In this document: piece by piece, positions 56,762-64,000 of the stretch
How positions within the stretch are numbered: the first letter of the stretch is position 1
How the letters are laid out: the number at the start of each line of letters is the position of its first letter
Origin: Eledone cirrhosa
Taxonomy: Eukaryota
Assembly: GCA_964016885.1 (NCBI GenBank)
Contig: CAXHJY010001028.1
Location: 22,330 to 86,329 of the forward strand
Length of the DNA: 64,000 nucleotides
Direction: 5' to 3'
Translations under genes and position numbers: made by a program
The notes under the pieces: generated by a model
Database searches by the model: none
Seen by the model: only the letters and a program-made list of their open reading frames with translations
Told to the model about the DNA's origin: nothing

Positions 56762-57367
56762 ATATATTTAACTTAGTTAAGACTCCTGACACCCACACAT
56801 ATGTGTGTACGTATATATATACGCGCGTATGTGTGTGAGTGTATATATGTTTAAGCATATATGAATGTGTACATGCGTGTGTGGGCGTATGTATATATAT
56901 ATAGATATATATATTCATATATATATTCATATATATTTATCAATTTGTATTTATAATGCATGCATACATACATGTGGGGGGGGGCTGTTTTATGGAAGAT
57001 TTGAGAGATGAAATACTTATCAGCGGGATCTGGGGTCACAGGTGATGGAGCTTACATCTGGATTATTCTTAAGCCGGTCCCCGTGGACCCCTTTTTTCCA
57101 GCTGCTCCCAAATAGGTGAGGGACCTTCGTGTGTGGGAGTAACATTAGTTTGTTGTTATTGTTGTTGTATTGAGATATGGTTCATGAGAGAGGGTTTTGG
57201 GCTACTATTTCAAACAGTTTGGGCAATCACGTAAAGCCTTTTCTCCCTTTTTTCTCACACTCCCCCTCTCTCTATCTCCCTCCCTCTCTTACCCTCCTCC
57301 TCTCTCTATCTCCGCCCCTCTCTTACCCTCTCCCTCTCCCTTATCCTCTCTCACTCTCTCGTCTACT

Positions 57368-57440
<73 letters not shown>

Positions 57441-57538
57441 ATATATATCCGTATAATGGTAAGAAACTCCTGGGAGAGCTGGACAACAGAAGATCTTCAG
57501 AGAAGAAAACCCCACTCAAACGAGTATTTCGGCTCTAT

Positions 57539-57593
<55 letters not shown>

Positions 57594-57606
57594 ATATGTG
57601 TGAGGG

Positions 57607-57643
<37 letters not shown>

Positions 57644-57671
57644 GTTAACGCTTGATATAGCAGGAAGAGGG

Positions 57672-57707
57672 TCTTAACGTTTCGGACGCTAGTCTTTCAT
57701 CAGAAGA
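57672..57707 (-). ncRNA. Minimal Penelope-type hammerhead ribozyme
   Basis: Minus strand: tctt-CUGAUGA-aagac tagc gtcc-GAAA-cg-UU-aaga. The aacgtt palindrome is typical of dimer-forming minimal PLE hammerheads. The downstream flank recurs at 39229-39264. Confidence 0.75.
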
Positions 57708-58116
57708 AAGAATGAGAAATAAGATAGATTGAGGGGACGGGCGGGTTGGAATTGGAAGAAAAATGTCTTTAGATAAAAATAACAGGTCCATTCATGTTGA
57801 CATCTCTTGTAAGACAGGACTTATTCTCGAGGGAGGGCTTATATTTTTACACAAATAAATAACAAGAGTTTTGATAAAGATATTATTATACTGACGTCAA
57901 AAAATAAAAAGAATAAAGAGATATATTTATTGAAATACTGTCGTCCTGAGATGTCAGCGTGACTTCTTTCACAGATTATATTCATTTTTCTCGCTAAAAT
58001 GTGCTTTGGCTTATAATTGGGGAAAGGTTTATATTGGACAACAACAAAAAAATTATGTTAGTAGGGATTATTTTTGGAGTAGGTCTTATGCTTGTAATAG
58101 GGGAAACAAGGTATAT

Positions 58117-58153
<37 letters not shown>

Positions 58154-58239
58154 GTAATAATAATAAATGTGAAGACTAAAAGCCAAAGAGGGCTCGATAA
58201 GGATAATATATATCAAATATATAAGAACCGTAGAGCAAA

Positions 58240-58339
58240 TATTTATTAAAATAACAGAGTTTCAGAGTTTCAGAAGATCCCGTTAAGGGTGAAAGGCAGC
58301 GATTCTTTGCTTAAACTTTAATCTGTTATTTTAATAAAT

Positions 58340-58340
<1 letters not shown>
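58240..58340 (+). mobile_element. Small fold-back element with a degenerate hammerhead (58265-58318)
   Basis: 19-bp inverted arms enclose gagttt-CAGAAGA-tccc gttaa gggt-GAAA-ggca...tgc-UU-aaactt. Confidence 0.5.
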
Positions 58341-58419
<79 letters not shown>

Positions 58420-58622
58420 GTAATGTATATATATATACACATATATTTATCTATACACACTTCTCTGTGTGACATCAACCGAAGTAAATCAATGCTGTAC
58501 TCTACAATTTCCTGTCGCTAGGAAACCAAGTTGTTCGATATCTGAATAGCAATCAATTCCCGTACCTGGTACAGCCAGTCGTTAGGGTGCCTCTCTAGAT
58601 GTGCCACTGGGTCAGCCAGTCG

Positions 58623-59272
58623 TTGGTGTCGGCAGTGGCGGTGGTGGTGGTGGTGGTGGTGGTGTCGGTGGCAGTTGTGGTGGTAGTGGTGGTGGTGGTA
58701 GTGGTGGTGGTGGTGGTGGTGTCGGTGGCAGTGGTGGTGGTGGTGGCAGTTGTGGTGGTAGTGGTGGTGGTGGTGGTGGTGGTGGTGGTGGTGGTGTCGG
58801 TGGCAGTGGTGGTGGCGGTGGCAGTTGTGGTGGTAGTGGTGGTGGTGGTGGTGGTGTCGGTGGCAGTGGTGGTGGTGGTGGCAGTTGTGGTGGTAGTGGT
58901 GGTGGTGGTGGTGGTGGTGGTGGTGGTGGTGGTGGTGGTGGTGGTGGTGGTGTCGGTGGCAGTGGTGGTGGCGGTGGCAGTTGTGGTGGTAGTGGTGGTG
59001 GTGGTGGTGGTGACAGTGGTGGTGGTGGTGGTGTCGGTGGCAGTGGTGGTGGTGGTGGTGGTGGCAGTGGTGGTGGTGGTGGTGGTGGTGGTGGTGTCGG
59101 TGGCAGTGGTGGTGGTGGTGGTGGTGGTGGCAGTGGTGGTGGTGGTGGTGGTGTCGGTGGCAGTGGTGGTGGTGGTGGTGGCAGTGGTGGTGGTGGTGGT
59201 GGTGGTGGTGGTGGTGTCGGTGGCAGTGGTGGTGGTGGTGGTGGTGGTGGCAGTGGTGGTGGTGATGTCGGC
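58623..59272. repeat. (GGT)n array with gtcggtggca interruptions
   Basis: Direct inspection. Confidence 0.9.
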
Positions 59273-59655
59273 AATATCAGTTAAGATGGCTGCTAGAGAT
59301 TGAGAGGTTTGCCAGTATTTTACCCTCTTTATTCACTCACCACAGCCACCATGTTGCTTTCGTCTTTAACTTCACATCCAAATAAATATTATTGTTTCTT
59401 CTTTGTTTGCTTTGAAAAGTGATGAGCTCTTAAAAAGCAAACCCCCTCCTCTCCCTCACATCGCCTCCGATACAATAACTATCCCCCACCATCACTAGCA
59501 CTACCACCACCATCATCATCATCAGCACCACCACCACCATCATCACCACTACCACCACCACCACCATCATCATCACCACCACCACCACCCACCAACGCCG
59601 CCGCCATTCCAAGGCATGTTAAATACCACAAGTACTATCACAAACAATAACATTA

Positions 59656-59831
<176 letters not shown>

Positions 59832-59868
59832 CATATATACATATATATATATACATATATATATATAC

Positions 59869-59938
<70 letters not shown>

Positions 59939-60559
59939 GCATTTATGCAAAGAAATATTTACACATATGCATCAACATTGACATTAAAAAATGTGTGTGT
60001 ATATATATATATATATGTGTGTGTGTGTCTGTGTGTGTGTGTCTCTGTGTCTGTGTGTGTGTGTCTCTGTGTGTCTGTGTGTGTGTGTGTCTCTGTGTGT
60101 GTGTGTGTCTCTGTGTGTGTGTGTGTCTGTGTGTGTGTCTGTGTGTGTCTGTGTGTGTGTGTGTGTCTCTGTGTGTGTGTGTGTGTGTGTGTCTCTCTCT
60201 CTCTGTGTGTGTGTGTGTCTCTCTGTGTGTCTGTGTGTGTGTGTGTGTCTCTGTGTGTGTGTGTGTGTGTGTGTGTGTCTCTCTCTCTCTCTCTGTGTGT
60301 GTGTCTCTCTGTGTGTGTGTGTGTGTGTGTGTCTCTGTGTGTGTGTGTGTGTCTCTGTCTGTGTGTGTGTGTGTCTGTGTGTGTGTGTGTGTGTGTGACA
60401 TATTCTAAGAAAGCACTATAGACATCGTATCAACCTGGAGAAACCCTCCTCACTTGTAATATCAGTACTTATGACAATACCAACAACATCGTCATCATCA
60501 TCATCATCACCATCATAATCGTCACCACCACCACCGTCATCATCATCATCATCATCATT

Positions 60560-60601
<42 letters not shown>

Positions 60602-61522
60602 GTCACCATCGTCATCATCATCATAATCGTCACCACCACCACCGTCATCACCATCATCATCTCACTCAACACCAACCTTATATACAGATAAGAGTATCTT
60701 GCCATTGCTACCACCATCCCTACCCAACGACAACCATCCCTACCATAACCCCCACCTCCACCACTACTACCACCACCACCATCATTCCCACCACCACCAT
60801 CACCACCTCCACCTCCTCCATCTCCACATACACCAATGTATCTCTCCTCATTCCGGGGTGGGGAGTGGGGCGGGGTACCCATCTTACCTCCTCCAACCTC
60901 CACCACACCCACACCACTCCGCCTTCTACTCCTAACTACCATCCACCACCCTCCTCCACCACCTCGCCATACCATTCCCAGCTATCTTTTAAATATATAC
61001 ACTTGTTTTCTCAGCAAACATGGCCGTGTATTGACAGAGAACCGTGATATAGGTGGCGCTGTCGTCTCCAGCAATGCACCTATCATTTCAGCCATTTAAA
61101 GTATAACCCTTTGGCATCATATGTGTCTGTATGTATGTATGTATGTATGTCTGTATGTATGTATGTATGTATGTATATATGTATGTATGTATGTATGTAT
61201 GTGTGTGTGTATGTATGTATGTATGTATGTATGTATATATGTATGTATATGTATGTATGTATATGTATGTATGTATATGTGTGTGTATATGTTTCTATAT
61301 GTATGAATGTATGTATGTTTGTATGTATGTATGTATATGTGTGTGTATATCTGTATGTATATGTATGTATGTATATGTGTGTATGTATATGTGTGTGTAT
61401 ATATGTATGTGTATGTATGTATGCATGTATGTATGAGCGCGTACATATATAGGCACGTACATATACAAACACACACACACACATACACACATATATATAT
61501 ATATATATAAACACACATATTC

Positions 61523-61583
<61 letters not shown>

Positions 61584-61934
61584 TATACTCTTTGTGTCTG
61601 CTTCATTGAATGAGCTCTCTCTCTCACTTTCTCCCCCCCCTCTCTCTGTTATGTGTACATATATATATATATATATGTTTGTATATGTATGTGTGTTGAA
61701 TTGGTTTGTTGAGTGACAAGAAACCAAAACAAACCCATGTCATTTTGTAAAGTGTTTCCAAGTGTTTCCAAGTCTTTCCAAGTCTTTCCAAGTCTTTCCA
61801 AGTCTTTCCAAGAGTTGCCCCGAAGAACAATTTCGAAGAATTTGGGCAAAAGTCTTACATTTCTGTATTCGAAATCATAGCACGGATGTTCTCATACCTT
61901 GTTGTTGCTGTTGTTGTTGTTATAGCTGCTGCAG

Positions 61935-62470
61935 ATGTTTTATCGACCCCGTAAAGATGAAAGGCAAAGCTAACTTCGGCGAGATTTGAACTCAGACCGT
62001 AAAGGGCCATAACTCTATGCTACAAATCATTGTGTCCGACATTCTACCGATTACTGCCAATCCACAACCCTTAAAAATAATAATAATAATAATGTTTCTA
62101 CTTTTGGCACAAGGTCAGCAATGACCCAGTACATTGCTGGTACTTTATTTTATCGACCCCGTAAGGTGAAAGGTAAAGTTAACCTTGGCGGGATTTGAAC
62201 TCAGAACACAAAGCAATATGTGTCCATCGCTCTATCGATTCTGCCAATCTATTGCCCTTGATGGTTTTTGATTTAGGCACAAGGCCAGCAATTTTGTGGG
62301 GAGGGGAAAGTCGATTTAATCGACCCCAGTGCGTGACAGGGTCTTTATTTTATCGACCCAGAAGGATGAAAGGCAAAGCTAACCTTGGAAAGATTTGAAC
62401 TCAGAACGTAAAGGCCATGACTCTATGCTGCAAAGCATGGCGTCTGACGCTCTACCGATTATTGCCAATA
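61935..62470 (-). mobile_element. Three tandem decayed SINE copies
   Basis: Repeated ttttatcgaccc..gatgaaaggcaaag.taac..ggc.gatttgaactcaga. Confidence 0.75.
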
Positions 62471-62757
62471 ATAATAAAAATGCTGGTTATAGCAATAGAG
62501 TATAGATTTGCGGTTAATAAGTAAGAAATGAAGCAGTTATTGTTTACTAGAGTAATTAAGAAGTAATTGACAATAATTGTGTGGTATCTAATTACTGGTA
62601 TTTAAGGCTGAACTAACAGACTGAGGCTTCACGCTGACACTTCACCCGACGTTCCAATTCTGTCATCTATCATCTCACATATCTCTCCTGGTAGTGGCTT
62701 CAATGTTATGTTATCAAGTCACCTTCTACTTCTGTCTTCGTCTCTCTCTCTAGTTCT

Positions 62758-62817
<60 letters not shown>

Positions 62818-62848
62818 CCATCTTTCTCTCACTCTCTCATTTGAATGA

Positions 62849-62893
<45 letters not shown>

Positions 62894-62989
62894 TATGTAT
62901 ACGTACATATATATATATATGTATATATGTATATATGTATATATATGTATATATATATATGTATATATATATATGTATACGTACATATA

Positions 62990-63030
<41 letters not shown>

Positions 63031-63169
63031 ATGCATGTTTCTATATAAACGAGTAGGTGAGTAAGCGTGCACGTTCTAATTCCTGTGAAACTGTAAGTAA
63101 TGCAACTCTAATACAAACAACAAACACACATATACACATACATACACACACATACAGATACACACATAC

Positions 63170-63352
<183 letters not shown>

Positions 63353-63380
63353 TATATATATACATATATATATATACTTA

Positions 63381-63426
<46 letters not shown>

Positions 63427-63656
63427 AACACAAATATTTATATATATGTATGTGTTTGTCTAAATCTGTAGTGTGTGATGTGAATGATGTATTATTCTTC
63501 TTCACATGGTTTACAATTAATTAGATGTCTGCATTGAGTACTGTTAAGACCATGACCACCACCACTAACACCATCACCGCCATCAATACCACCACCACCA
63601 CCTCCACTAACACCATCACCAGCTCCACCACTAACACCATCACCGCCATCAATATA

Positions 63657-63770
63657 TTTTGTCAGATTAGGACGTACTAAAAAAAACAGCACAGTACCTT
63701 TGAAATATATATAATAAAGTATATATTTTGATTACGCGAATATTTTTCATTTGTTAACATTTTGAATAAT
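63657..63770 (+). mobile_element. Decayed family E hammerhead element
   Basis: cagatta-ggacgtact...agtaccttt-GAAA-tatata-UA-ataaag plus a flank (ttgttaacattttgaat) resembling 42691-42793. Confidence 0.55.
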
Positions 63771-64000
63771 ATATATATATAAGTTAAAACAATGAAATAA
63801 AAATTCAAGTCATTAGGAATATACTTCACTGCATCGTTTCTAGGTGATAATAATACATCGTACGCATATTTCGTTATCGATCTATGTAAGGTTAGTTACA
63901 AAATATCAAATAAGCAATATATTTACCTACGTGTATATCGTCAGCTGTTGTCAAAAGCAATGAAAATTTTACTCGAAATCAATAGTAAATTGAGTTCTAT

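Noticed and set aside
57480-57535. Minus-strand GAAA...CUGAAGA
   Set aside because: Order and pairing do not give a valid hammerhead topology.
63855-63950. Minus-strand CUGACGA...GAAA
   Set aside because: Stems I and III do not pair convincingly; at best a very decayed copy.

Overview
Eukaryotic, AT-rich, microsatellite-saturated non-coding DNA. The SINE, LINE and microsatellite make-up looks like an octopus or other coleoid cephalopod genome (inference). No host gene is recognisable, and almost all ORF-track entries are translations of simple repeats. The one real long ORF (10546-12987) encodes an intact Penelope-like retroelement protein (RT with YRDD plus C-terminal GIY-YIG endonuclease, Naiad-like). 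That element runs from 10193 to 16823 between (TA)n tracts. Its 5' end coincides with the predicted cleavage site of a type I hammerhead ribozyme near its 3' end (16615-16769), which has a very long stem II. About a dozen further hammerhead motifs from several unrelated short non-coding families are scattered across the window, nearly all inserted in (TA)n. Many are head-to-head fold-back palindromes whose symmetry axis lies in or beside the ribozyme. Together they suggest a PLE-driven, TA-targeted system of non-autonomous ribozyme retroelements. Also present are Dong/R4, RTE and Tx1-like LINE remnants, tRNA-derived SINEs, MITEs, a Helitron-like end and several minisatellites. All structures were read by eye; nothing was folded computationally or searched.
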